DNA of 64,000 nt from Flavobacteriales bacterium (GCA_016713875.1 JADJOI010000002.1:17092-81091), one strand, 5' to 3'. Positions 19,369-33,050 are shown, counted from the stretch's first letter. Program-made: numbers and translations. The notes: generated from the letters alone by a model not told the origin.

Positions 19369-20172
19369 TCAGGCGAGGGCCTGCAGGTACACCCAGGTGG
19401 CGGGCATGGCGAGCAGGAAGCCGTCGAAGCGGTCAAGCAGTCCGCCATGGCCGGGCAGCAGGGTGCCGGAGTCCTTCACCCCGGCGGCACGTTTGAAGGC
19501 GGATTCCAGCAGGTCGCCCAGGGTGCCGGTGATCGTCACCACCACGGCCAGCACCAGCCAGTCGGTGAGGTCCAGCGCGGTCCAATAGCGGGCGATGATC
19601 CAGGCGGCCAGCAGGGTGAAGGCCACCCCGCCCAGGAGGCCCTCGATGGTCTTTTTGGGAGATACGCGCGGGAAGAGGGGGTGTCGTCCGATGAGGCGCC
19701 CCACGACGTAGGCGCCCGTATCGCTGGTCCACAGCAGCACCATGAAGCCCAGGAACAGTTCCCAGCCGCGGGCCACCACCAGGGGCACCAGCCCGAAGGG
19801 CAGGGCCACGTACACCAGTACCAGCACCTGGCCCGCGATCTCCTGCACCGGGGCGGACCCGCCGCGGAAGAGGGCGAGGCCCATGGTGAGGAGCACGAGC
19901 AGGAAGGCGGTGAGCAGCACGAAGCCGGCGCGCCAGTCGGTGGCGATGGGGGCCACGGCGACCACCAGAAAGAGGCATCCGGCCAGCACCTGGGTCCAGA
20001 ACAGGGGCGGAGCGTCGTCCGTGCGCCAGGTGAGGCGGTGCAGTTCGCCGGCGGCGATCACGGCCACGGGCAGGAAGAGGAGGAGGGTGGTGAAGGGGCC
20101 GGCGAGGGCGGCGCCGACGGTGAGGCCGATGTAGACCAGCCCGGTGAGGCTGCGCACGAGCACCTCGTTCAC
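19369..20172 (-). CDS. cdsA: phosphatidate cytidylyltransferase
   Basis: Signature SAFKRAAGVKDSGTLLPGHGGLLDRFDG. GTG 20172 was chosen as start (GTGA overlap with the upstream stop); the longer ORF to 20364 is Arg/Pro-rich and overlaps the next gene. Confidence 0.85.
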   Translation of the reverse strand: MNEVLVRSLTGLVYIGLTVGAALAGPFTTLLLFLPVAVIAAGELHRLTWRTDDAPPLFWTQVLAGCLFLVVAVAPIATDWRAGFVLLTAFLLVLLTMGLALFRGGSAPVQEIAGQVLVLVYVALPFGLVPLVVARGWELFLGFMVLLWTSDTGAYVVGRLIGRHPLFPRVSPKKTIEGLLGGVAFTLLAAWIIARYWTALDLTDWLVLAVVVTITGTLGDLLESAFKRAAGVKDSGTLLPGHGGLLDRFDGFLLAMPATWVYLQALA

Positions 20173-20379
20173 GGCGGGGGGCTCTGCAACAGGTGAAGGG
20201 CTTCGAGCAGTCGGTCGCGGTCCACCAGCACGCACACCTCGCCCATCAGGGGATAGGCGCTGGGGCTCCGGTCCAGCAGCACGGCGGGGATGCCTTCGGC
20301 CTCGAGTCGGCCGAGCACCAGTTCGGCCTCGGCGCGCAGGGCCGCGGCGAAGACCACGGTCCACACGGGAGGCCGGCCG

Positions 20380-22388
<2,009 letters not shown>

Positions 22389-22403
22389 GGTTCGGTCGGT
22401 TCG

Positions 22404-22781
22404 TCAGGCCACGTTGTCGTAGCGTTGGCTGGCGGCATCGGCCCACAGGTGCTCCAGGCCGTAGTGTTCACGCTTGGCGCGGTGGAAGATGTGCACCACC
22501 ACGTCCACGAAGTCGAGCAGCACCCACTCGGCGTTGCGGAGGCCCTCCACCTGCCAGGGGCGTTCGCCGACCTTCTCGCGGGCGAATTTCTCCACCGAGC
22601 CGGCGATGGCCTCCACCTGCGTGTCCGAGTCGCCGTGGCACACAACGAACTGGTCGCACACCCGGTTCGGCATGCCCCGCAGATCGATGCGCACGATGTC
22701 CCTGCCCTTCACCTCCTGGATGCCCTGGATCACGGCCTCCACCAAGCGGGCGCTGTTCCCCGCGCCCTGCGCTTTTATCAT
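22404..22781 (-). CDS. rsfS: ribosome silencing factor
   Basis: 125 aa; CDQFVVCHGDSDTQVEAI and DFVDVVVHIF motifs of the Iojap/RsfS family. It ends 15 nt upstream of ftsH. Confidence 0.85.
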   Translation of the reverse strand: MIKAQGAGNSARLVEAVIQGIQEVKGRDIVRIDLRGMPNRVCDQFVVCHGDSDTQVEAIAGSVEKFAREKVGERPWQVEGLRNAEWVLLDFVDVVVHIFHRAKREHYGLEHLWADAASQRYDNVA

Positions 22782-22800
22782 CCGGTGTATCTTGGTCGTT

Positions 22801-22808
22801 CAAAGGTA
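22801..22808 (-). promoter_or_regulatory. -7 box TACCTTTG upstream of rsfS-ftsH
   Basis: Exact TAnnTTTG on the minus strand, 19 nt upstream of ATG 22781. I found no convincing -33 element. Confidence 0.4.
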
Positions 22809-22859
22809 GCAAGTTCCCCTGCCGCCGCCGTGGCCGCAGGCGCCTTGCCCAGCGGGACC

Positions 22860-23597
22860 ATGATCGGGTCGGCACGCATCGAACTGGCGACCGTCGACAG
22901 CACCAACAAGCATGCTGCCGATCTGCTGCACCTGACGGAAGTGCAGCACGGCACCGTCATCCTGGCCCGCGAACAGACCTTTGGCCGGGGCCAGCGCGAG
23001 CGTCCCTGGAGCAGCCAGCCCGGGCTCGACCTCACCTTCAGCGTGGTGCTTCGGCCCGATGGGCTCGATGCCGGGCACCAGTTCGTGCTGGCGCAATTCG
23101 CCGCCCTGGCCGTGCGGGATGCCCTGCAGCGCATCGGCGTGCCCGATGTGATGGTCAAGTGGCCCAACGACGTGCTGGTGGGCCCGCGCAAGGTGGCGGG
23201 CATCCTCATCCAGAACGAACTGCAGGGGGCGCAGGTGCGCCATTCCGTGGTGGGCATCGGCCTCAACGTGAACAGCGACGGCGATGTAGAAGGGGCCCTG
23301 GCCACCAGCGTGCGGCTGGAGCTCGGGCACATGGTGGACCAGGAGGCCCTGCTCACCGGCCTGCTGGACCGCCTGGAGCTGCGGTGGCGGCAGGCCATGG
23401 GCCACCGCCTGGGGCTGGAGGCCGACTACCGCGACGCGCTCTGGGGGCGGGGCCGCTGGCTGCCCATGGAGCTGGACGGCGCGCTGATCGAGGCCCGGCC
23501 GCTGGAGGTGGACGCCGATGGGCGCCTGCTGGTGGAGCTGCAAGGGGGGGTGGTGGCCCCCTTCGGTCTGGACCGCCTGCGCTTCGGTCCGCGGTAG
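22860..23597 (+). CDS. birA: biotin--[acetyl-CoA-carboxylase] ligase (group I, no HTH)
   Basis: DSTNKHA, GRGQRERPW and KWPNDVLVGPRKVAGILIQ motifs. Only the last 245 codons of the 874-aa track ORF are credible. Confidence 0.85.
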   Translation: MIGSARIELATVDSTNKHAADLLHLTEVQHGTVILAREQTFGRGQRERPWSSQPGLDLTFSVVLRPDGLDAGHQFVLAQFAALAVRDALQRIGVPDVMVKWPNDVLVGPRKVAGILIQNELQGAQVRHSVVGIGLNVNSDGDVEGALATSVRLELGHMVDQEALLTGLLDRLELRWRQAMGHRLGLEADYRDALWGRGRWLPMELDGALIEARPLEVDADGRLLVELQGGVVAPFGLDRLRFGPR

Positions 23598-23601
23598 GGG
23601 G

Positions 23602-23631
23602 CTTGCCGGATCGGCCGGAAGGACTATTTTT
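23602..23631 (+). promoter_or_regulatory. candidate promoter (-33 TTG, -7 TATTTTTG) for rpmH
   Basis: TTG at 23602-23604 and TATTTTTG at 23624-23631, with 19-nt spacing, 26 nt upstream of ATG 23658. Confidence 0.55.
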
Positions 23632-23657
23632 GCGCCCCCAACGAACGACCCGTAGCC

Positions 23658-23816
23658 ATGAAACGCACGTACCAGCCCAGCCGACGCAAGCGCGCCAACA
23701 AGCACGGGTTCCGCAAGCGCATGAGCACTGCCGCAGGCCGTGCCGTGCTGGCCAGCCGCCGCAAGTCCGGCCGCAAGAAGCTCACCGTGAGCGACGAGGC
23801 CAAGGGCAAGAAGTAA
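23658..23816 (+). CDS. rpmH: 50S ribosomal protein L34
   Basis: Translated by hand: [44 protein letters not shown]... (52 aa). It is below the ORF-track size cutoff. Confidence 0.9.
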   Translation: MKRTYQPSRRKRANKHGFRKRMSTAAGRAVLASRRKSGRKKLTVSDEAKGKK

Positions 23817-23875
23817 GCCGTACACCGGGCCTGCCCCGGTTCAGGAACGAGGGGGCTACGGCCCCCTTTTCCGTT

Positions 23876-24697
23876 TCAGGCCCAGCCGAGCCCGGGGGGG
23901 ATGGGTTCCAGCACCGGAGGCGCCATCACCAGGTGGCCGCGCTCGTGTACATGCACGTGGATGCGGGCAGGGTCGCGCCGCGCGAAGGCCTGGCCCCAGG
24001 GCAGGCGGATCACCTTGTCGAATCGGCCCATGTGCAGGTGGGCGTGCAGGTCGTGTGTCCGCAGGTGCCGAACCACCATGCCCAGGTCGGGCTCGATGCC
24101 CCGCAGGCTCAGCCACACGTCGTGCACCAGCTGGCGCTTGGCGGGGTTGTCCGTGTGCTGGGTGAGGAACTGGTGGAACTTGGTGCTGATGAGGCCGGTG
24201 CGGTGCACGGTGTCCACCACGCGGAACCAGCCCTCGGGGCGGTGCAGGAAGCGATGGTAGAGGTGCCGGCCCACCCGGTAGCGGCTCAGGGCGCGATACC
24301 AGGGGTTGCGCACCAGGCCGTCCGGGGCGAAGAGCAACAGGCCGTTGCTGCGCTCGGGCAGCTGCTCCAGCAGGCTCAGGGCCATGCGGCCACCCAGGCT
24401 GAAGCCGGCGTTCCAGGCGCGCTGGATGCCGTGTTGGTCCAGGTAGGCCCGCATCAGGTCCCGCCATTCGGTGGGCCGCAGGGGGTGGTCCACCGTGCGC
24501 CCGGGCGGGAAGCGGCTGCCGCCGTGGAACCACAGGTCGAAGGCGTGCAGCGTCACCCGGTGCCCCCAGGCCGCCACCGCCGGGTCGAAGTCGCGCACCG
24601 AGCCGCCGTAGCCGTGGAAGGCCAGCACATGCACCGGCCCCGTGCCGCTCACCCGGTGGGCGATGGAGAGGGGGCCGTGGGTGAAAGAGGAGGTCAT
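23876..24697 (-). CDS. alpha/beta-fold hydrolase
   Basis: HVLAFHGYGGS and a nucleophile-elbow-like GFSLGG motif; 273 aa. Confidence 0.7.
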   Translation of the reverse strand: MTSSFTHGPLSIAHRVSGTGPVHVLAFHGYGGSVRDFDPAVAAWGHRVTLHAFDLWFHGGSRFPPGRTVDHPLRPTEWRDLMRAYLDQHGIQRAWNAGFSLGGRMALSLLEQLPERSNGLLLFAPDGLVRNPWYRALSRYRVGRHLYHRFLHRPEGWFRVVDTVHRTGLISTKFHQFLTQHTDNPAKRQLVHDVWLSLRGIEPDLGMVVRHLRTHDLHAHLHMGRFDKVIRLPWGQAFARRDPARIHVHVHERGHLVMAPPVLEPIPPGLGWA

Positions 24698-24849
24698 GTT
24701 CTTGCCGCAGAGGCGCTGAGGCGCACGGAATGCGGAATGCCATGGTAAAGATGTGCTTCCACCTTGTCATTGTCTTCCTGCGTTTCGTCCTCTGCGTCCC
24801 TGCGGCCCAACTCGTCCGGAGTGGACCGATCCGCCCCTGTGCCCCACGA

Positions 24850-25659
24850 TCAAGGCTTCGGATAGTTATCGGGTTCCACAGAGCCTCGGTGTTCGATGAA
24901 GCGTTCGCCGTCGAACTGGAGCGAGCCGCGCACGATGCCGTCGGGTTGTTCGTTCGAAATGGGTACCGGTGACAGGTCGTCGAGCCGGAACACGTATTCG
25001 ATGCGTTGTGAGCTGGCGTTGTAGTTCCACTGCAACACATCGCCACAGCGGGTGTCGAGCCCGTAGCCTGGGGAGGCCGGCTCCTCGTTCACTGCGAAGG
25101 CCGGGTATTCAAGGTCGAGCGAATCGCCGGTGGTGCGGAAGACCACGGCCACCTCGGCGCAGCAACTCCCGCAACTGCGCACGGTGCCCAATGCGAGGTA
25201 GAGCCGTTCGCCGCTCCTGGTGCGCAGCCGATGGATCTCGGAGTAAGGCGCACGACCGTCCTGAAAGCCATCGTCATCGCCCTTGGTGACACCGCGGCCG
25301 GTAGTGGTTCGGAGGTGGAACACATGGGCGTAGCTGTGGAAGCTGCCGCCGGTGTTCTCGAACCAATGGAAGGCCCACAGGAGCCCATCCGGCGATCGCG
25401 TCCGGCCCAGATGCTCGTGGCGTGTAACCCGATCGAGCGTGCTGTCGGCCATGGGGGTCGATAGTAGTCTCACCAGGCTCCGTTCGATGCGCGTATTGAT
25501 GGAAGGACCCTCGTCGGGCCATGCTTGCTCCCAGTTCAAGGTGGCGGCGCTGTCCAGCAACGCGTGCAGCTCGGCAGCCCGTGTCGCCAGGCTGTCCTGG
25601 GCAAGGACCGGGGCTGGAACGATCAGCGCGCCAAGGATCAGGAGCTTTCCGGCCATCAT
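24850..25659 (-). CDS. hypothetical secreted protein
   Basis: Signal peptide MMAGKLLILGALIVPAPVLAQ and good coding bias. I recognised no family. Confidence 0.55.
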   Translation of the reverse strand: MMAGKLLILGALIVPAPVLAQDSLATRAAELHALLDSAATLNWEQAWPDEGPSINTRIERSLVRLLSTPMADSTLDRVTRHEHLGRTRSPDGLLWAFHWFENTGGSFHSYAHVFHLRTTTGRGVTKGDDDGFQDGRAPYSEIHRLRTRSGERLYLALGTVRSCGSCCAEVAVVFRTTGDSLDLEYPAFAVNEEPASPGYGLDTRCGDVLQWNYNASSQRIEYVFRLDDLSPVPISNEQPDGIVRGSLQFDGERFIEHRGSVEPDNYPKP

Positions 25660-25875
25660 GGCTTCAAAGTAAGGGCCTTCGTTTCTCCCGACGCTTCAAT
25701 GTCCTTCGGCTGACGGTTACAAGGAGGGCTCGAAACAGGGTGATATTCCGCTGCGTCTCAGCGCCTCTGCGGCCATACCCTCGCGCATCTTCTCCACGAT
25801 CTCCCCTCATTTTCCACATTCTCCGGTTTCCCCATTCCCCGCTGGGTACTTTCGCGCTCCGGTTACCCACCGGAT

Positions 25876-28686
<2,811 letters not shown>

Positions 28687-28939
28687 GTGATGAGGGCGTG
28701 TCCCTCACTCACGCACATGCCCACGCACGGGTCGCGTGCTACGCTGTAGCCGGACTTGTCGCGGCTTGCGGTCGCGGGGCTGCGGGGGCTTCCGTTGGTC
28801 GCCTCCTCGCTCCACGCGCCCGCAGAGCCGCTCCTGCGCCGGGCTGCCGCTTCGCCCGCTCACGCGAAAAGAACGCCGTTGCGAGTTTGCTCTTGAAAAC
28901 ATTGGCCATCGGCATGAACAGCACACCTTAATCGTATCA

Positions 28940-29836
28940 CTACTCAACGCACTTCAGAATTGATGAGGCGAAGTTGTCGCAATCTAGTTCCAGATTAGAG
29001 AATGATGGCTTCGCAAACGGGATGACACCTGCTTGGGCGATGTAGAAATCTACATGACCAATCTCATGGAGAACCAAGAATAGCAGCGTATCCTCAATTC
29101 TATGGGACCAAGCGCCGTAGGGCGTGAACGCCTCGGTTGGCATTGCGAAATAGCTCGAGTTGAATGCAAGGGGGTAAATGAGGATTTGAGCTATGATCTC
29201 TTGCTCCGCCTGATTCGCATTTACCCAAGCCCCCCCAGTACTATCGCAACTATCGTTTCTGTTTGTGGTTCGTCCCGAAATGCACGTATAGGTATTAGTT
29301 GACCAGTTAAAATTACCCGCATACGGGAAAGTACGCTTCTTAGAGTTCAGTATTACCTCTGCGTAAGTGTCCGCCTTACGTTGAGCATTGCAGTACTCAA
29401 TGGATATTTTGAAATCAATCTTCTTCGAGCAATTATTCTCACCTAAACAATAGATCATTCTGCGCCAGAAGCGTCTCTTCCCGTTGATAACATTTGTGTG
29501 AGTGAAGCGACCGACATCATTAAGGGATATGTCCTGGTCGCGTTCGTTGGGATCTAAACGCAATAGTAAGCCTGCTAAAACATCGGGATAGCTGGATACA
29601 ATCTTGTTCCACGCCTTGTCAAAGGCCTCACCCACCACCGCCTCTCTCATGTCCCTGTGATTGATTAATCCCAAACGATCGTCACTGGGGTAGTATTCAG
29701 GCGTGCTTGAATACTCCGCTTGGTTCTGGAAGCTACGCGTTGGTCCAATTAAGAAAGGCACTTTCGACTGTGCTGAAACGTAATACGATTGGCCCAAAAG
29801 CAAGACAAAGGTCAAAGCTCTTGCTGTCATGGTCAC
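28940..29836 (-). CDS. secreted cysteine-rich protein with C-terminal HExxH zincin-like motif
   Basis: Signal peptide MTMTARALTFVLLLGQSYYVSAQ and multiple cysteines. LVLHEIGHVDFY is followed about 25 aa later by ELDCDNFASSIL (an HExxH...E..xD.FA pattern as in M48/M78-type peptidases). Low GC: sampled lines give 30-58%. Confidence 0.55.
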   Translation of the reverse strand: MTMTARALTFVLLLGQSYYVSAQSKVPFLIGPTRSFQNQAEYSSTPEYYPSDDRLGLINHRDMREAVVGEAFDKAWNKIVSSYPDVLAGLLLRLDPNERDQDISLNDVGRFTHTNVINGKRRFWRRMIYCLGENNCSKKIDFKISIEYCNAQRKADTYAEVILNSKKRTFPYAGNFNWSTNTYTCISGRTTNRNDSCDSTGGAWVNANQAEQEIIAQILIYPLAFNSSYFAMPTEAFTPYGAWSHRIEDTLLFLVLHEIGHVDFYIAQAGVIPFAKPSFSNLELDCDNFASSILKCVE

Positions 29837-30786
29837 TTAAAATTTGCTGCACGCATTACCCTCACCGGCTGGTTGGCTCTGCATTGGCTGCTCGTAGGAG
29901 TAGCCTGCGTCATCGCTGCCTTACGACTTGCCGCGTTGAGCAACTTCTTCTCCCGCTCATGTGCCTGTTCCCAAAGTTGCTTATATCTAGCTTTCGCGAA
30001 AGCGCGTTGCTGTGCTCTGTGCTGCTCGTAGTTAAGTCGATTCAATTCATCCAAGTACGTCGTCGGAAGCTTCCAAGCTGCTCGGTCAGGTGTTCTCAGG
30101 CCGACCGCCCTTGCCACATGGTCTATATGATCGACGCAATTTTCCCTCACATACCCGTACGACTCTGACTCGGTTCGGGCGACAGACCAAATCCGACTTG
30201 CTTCATCACGGGTAATCACCTTTCGGAAATACTCCTGCTCATTCACAGCAGAGTTGGAATCGTCGAAGCGACGGCCATTCGGGAAATCTCCGACCTTGTT
30301 GCTGCGGGTGGTGCTGCCATCCGACCATGAACGCTCGATGAACCAATACGCATGACCTACCCATGAGTCGTTTCCTTTTCCAGAGAAGCCCCCGAAGACC
30401 AATGCTTCCCCAATAAGATGCTTTGGGGGCGGGCTTGTAGAATGTTGGTTGTTCATGTTGAGCCTTGTGGGCTGTGCGGTCGGGGTGGTCCTCGGTGTTC
30501 CAGCCTCAACTGGTTGGGAGTCGTTCGCTGATGGTCTTTCGTACCTGTACTCAGTGGTCTCGCCTGCCGGTATCCTTCGCTCAATCTCGCGATTGTAGCG
30601 ATCGGCCTGTGCCTTCTGCTCTTTAGTTAACCTACCTTGACTTTCAAGGTACGCTTGGTGCTCCTTCTCGATGGCATGCGCACCTTCTTTCTGCTCGTTG
30701 GTGAGGTGATCCGGAATCTGAGCCTGGCAGACTAGGCATGAAGCAAGCATTGTTGCAACAGCGATGGGTTGGCTAAACGGTTTCAT
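29833..30786 (-). CDS. lipoprotein with coiled-coil flanks and a possible permuted papain-fold (LRAT/NlpC-P60-like) core
   Basis: Lipobox MKPFSQPIAVATMLASC. VGHAYWFIE is followed about 70 aa later by YVRENCVDHIDHV (His then NC-x-H/D order as in LRAT-like enzymes). Its stop overlaps or abuts the start of the downstream gene. The domain call is weak. Confidence 0.45.
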   Translation of the reverse strand: MKPFSQPIAVATMLASCLVCQAQIPDHLTNEQKEGAHAIEKEHQAYLESQGRLTKEQKAQADRYNREIERRIPAGETTEYRYERPSANDSQPVEAGTPRTTPTAQPTRLNMNNQHSTSPPPKHLIGEALVFGGFSGKGNDSWVGHAYWFIERSWSDGSTTRSNKVGDFPNGRRFDDSNSAVNEQEYFRKVITRDEASRIWSVARTESESYGYVRENCVDHIDHVARAVGLRTPDRAAWKLPTTYLDELNRLNYEQHRAQQRAFAKARYKQLWEQAHEREKKLLNAASRKAAMTQATPTSSQCRANQPVRVMRAANFK

Positions 30787-30920
30787 GGAGCTTGCGGGTG
30801 TGAAATCAGCACCGACACTTTGGCCTGAACGTCATGTCGAAGGTATTGCACGGTTGACGGAATTGTCCAAGCGATCGTTAACGGCTGGTCACGGCATTCA
30901 ACGGCTCGCCCCGCATTGTG

Positions 30921-30969
30921 GCAAGAGTTCCAATCGCGCAGCGGTGCAAGCGGTCGGGCCACTTGTGCC
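30921..30969 (+). repeat. intergenic repeat family C, copy 1
   Basis: GCAAGAGTTCCAATCGCGCAGCGGTGCAAGCGGTCGGGCCACTTGTGCC. Related copies lie at 33569-33615 and 34998-35051. Confidence 0.55.
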
Positions 30970-31029
30970 ACTATGCCTTGGCATCTTGTACGGTTCTATC
31001 TTTCGCAACCAACCCAGCGCCGTTAATTC

Positions 31030-31251
31030 ATGGCACCCGCATCGCCAACCGGTAGTGACTTCAAGATCAAGTTCGATGGGCAGCAGCATCAGGTCGATGC
31101 GAACGTGCTGATCAGCAGCTTGATCCACACGACCGCGGTCGTTCAAGAGGTCAACCGTAGCCTGAACAGCGGGAAGAAAATCGAGATTAAGGTCAAGGCG
31201 CTCGAGCCGGGCAGCTTCCTGGTTCACATCGAGTTGGTCGAGAAGGCGGTG
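31030..31251 (+). pseudogene. 5' fragment (about 74 codons) of an unknown gene, truncated by the IS630 remnant
   Basis: MAPASPTGSDFKIKFDGQQHQVDANVLISSLIHTTAVVQEVNRSLNSGKKIEIKVKALEPGSFLVHIELVEKAV runs in frame straight into transposase sequence at about 31252. Confidence 0.5.
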
Positions 31252-31519
31252 GACAGCCTGCGCGTCCACCATAGCCAACCTGTCCAAGACTGGGTCGAGG
31301 AACATGACCAGGAGATCGAACTGTTCTTCCTGCCCAGCTACTCCCCCGAACTGAATCCGGTGGAGATCGCCAACGCCGACTTGAGGTGACCACCTGCGCA
31401 CCGGCGCGCAAGAAAGGCAAGCTCCACAAGGTCGCTTCAACACACCTGCGATCCTTGCAACAAGATCCCGATCGCATCGCCAGCTTCTTCCAAAAAGACA
31501 CCGTCCGTTATGCAGCTTG
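31252..31519 (+). mobile_element. IS630-family transposase 3' remnant (frameshifted)
   Basis: D(S)LRVHHSQPVQDWVEEHDQEIELFFLPSYSPELNPVE is the third-acidic-residue region of IS630/Tc1 DDE transposases. After a frame change near 31386 the tail RKKGKLHKVASTHLRSLQQDPDRIASFFQKDTVRYAA continues to TGA at 31517-31519. The N-terminal roughly three quarters of the transposase is absent. Confidence 0.75.
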
Positions 31520-31559
31520 AACCCTCAACACATCTCCGCCGACTCAATAATAGGCATGG

Positions 31560-33050
31560 TTATACATAGTCGAAAGCCTTCCAAAGCCCTCGGTGTACAA
31601 TGATATCGCTGCTCAATACAAGACGAGCGCTGCTGCTATAGTGCCTCGACACGGGCCTTAGTTGACCATCAGCCTTTACTATCAAGTTTCCGATAGCACT
31701 CGCATCAAACAGGAGTTTCAGAATATGCGTAGCATGTTCTTCTGTAATTCCCAAGCTCTCCATCTGGTCAGTAAATTTTTTAGATTGAAACCGATTTCTT
31801 CCAAAAAACCTCAGTGATTGTATGGTTTTTTCGATGTCGGTTTCAGATATATGCCCTTTGAGTTCATCTTCCACCTCATGAACGAAGTAATTTTCAGAAT
31901 ATTTGGTCAATCCAGTGATTATTTCACTGGTAGTAATCGGAATATTATCTCCCGTCGAACTTTCCTGAATGAACTTAAGGGCCATGATTAAATCTCGAGG
32001 AGTATTGCGCGTATGATAGAGAATGTATGCCGCCGTCAACCTTTCCCTTCCCTGCACCTCGATGATTTTTTTAAAATATATGTTGAAAATGTTGACTTCA
32101 CTTTGTAGCGTAGCGGCAGCTCTGTAGTTGGCTAATTTAATGAGCCTACTCTTATAGATATCTCTATGGTCGTCATGCCAATCTAGAACTAGAGAATAGG
32201 TGTTGCGAATTGCGTTGGAATTGTATAGTGGAAGTTTGTCAAACAAGTCAGTACGACAAGCTATAATTATTTTGAATGGATTACTTCCTTCTCGAAATTG
32301 CTGATTCAAATGACTGCACTCACTAACTAGAGCGGATATCGAGTCGTAAGAATTCTTTTCAGAAAATAGTGCTCTGTCTAATCCGTCAATAAGTATGTAA
32401 TGTTTGTTTTCGCTTTTTTGCTGCAGAAGAATAGTCATGGCATAGTCTACAAGCTTTGAGAAATTAATGTCCTTATTTTGATTCGTATTTCGATCATACT
32501 TGAATGTATTAACTGTGGCATTTACCCCAAACAATGCATCAAATTCTATGCTTGGTCCATGTAATATGGATTTCGAGTCTCTAGTTTGCTGAACGATGTC
32601 GTCGAACTTAGTTGCGGGGGCAAAGCCAATTTGTCGTAATCCTTGCATAAACTTGTCATAGTCAGAATTGGGACTTCTTCCTTGGTCTTCGTAAAGGGAC
32701 CAGAGAAGTTGAATTACGAGAATCCAAGTCCATGATTTTGGTAGGGTTTGTTCCTTTCCTATTGAACCAGAGAAACCAGCTGATTGAAAGTTCGAGAATG
32801 GAAACTGATTTAGGTCATTAAAAGTAATTTGCTTATCGTAGGCCTGAGTACTTATGATTTTCTGTATGAGCGTCGACTTGCCTGATCCCTTTGTCCCCAG
32901 AATCAAAAACTTTGATGATCCGAGCAGAGCGCCTAGATATCCACTCTCATCAAAGTATGCAGTCTCAACCAAACTTGGCGATTCGACTTTCTCAATTTCT
33001 GCGCTATGCTCTCCAAATACTATGTTCTTGAATGGCGCAATAGTACTCAT
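31560..33050 (-). CDS. orphan KAP/NACHT-like P-loop NTPase (STAND-type), no recognisable effector domain
   Basis: Walker A LILGTKGSGKST (32871-32897), Walker B HYILIDGLDRA (32376-32399), IIIACRTD and HTRNTPRDLIMALKF motifs. No signal peptide. GC is about 38-40% in sampled lines, against about 70% for the host. Confidence 0.7.
   Translation of the reverse strand: MSTIAPFKNIVFGEHSAEIEKVESPSLVETAYFDESGYLGALLGSSKFLILGTKGSGKSTLIQKIISTQAYDKQITFNDLNQFPFSNFQSAGFSGSIGKEQTLPKSWTWILVIQLLWSLYEDQGRSPNSDYDKFMQGLRQIGFAPATKFDDIVQQTRDSKSILHGPSIEFDALFGVNATVNTFKYDRNTNQNKDINFSKLVDYAMTILLQQKSENKHYILIDGLDRALFSEKNSYDSISALVSECSHLNQQFREGSNPFKIIIACRTDLFDKLPLYNSNAIRNTYSLVLDWHDDHRDIYKSRLIKLANYRAAATLQSEVNIFNIYFKKIIEVQGRERLTAAYILYHTRNTPRDLIMALKFIQESSTGDNIPITTSEIITGLTKYSENYFVHEVEDELKGHISETDIEKTIQSLRFFGRNRFQSKKFTDQMESLGITEEHATHILKLLFDASAIGNLIVKADGQLRPVSRHYSSSARLVLSSDIIVHRGLWKAFDYV

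Noticed and set aside
25778-25842. A pyrimidine-rich (C/T) tract upstream of carB, considered as a possible pyrimidine-responsive leader or attenuator.
   Set aside because: The best -7-like box (TACTTTCG, 25847-25854) lies downstream of the tract, so the tract is probably not transcribed with carB. No terminator/antiterminator pairing is evident.
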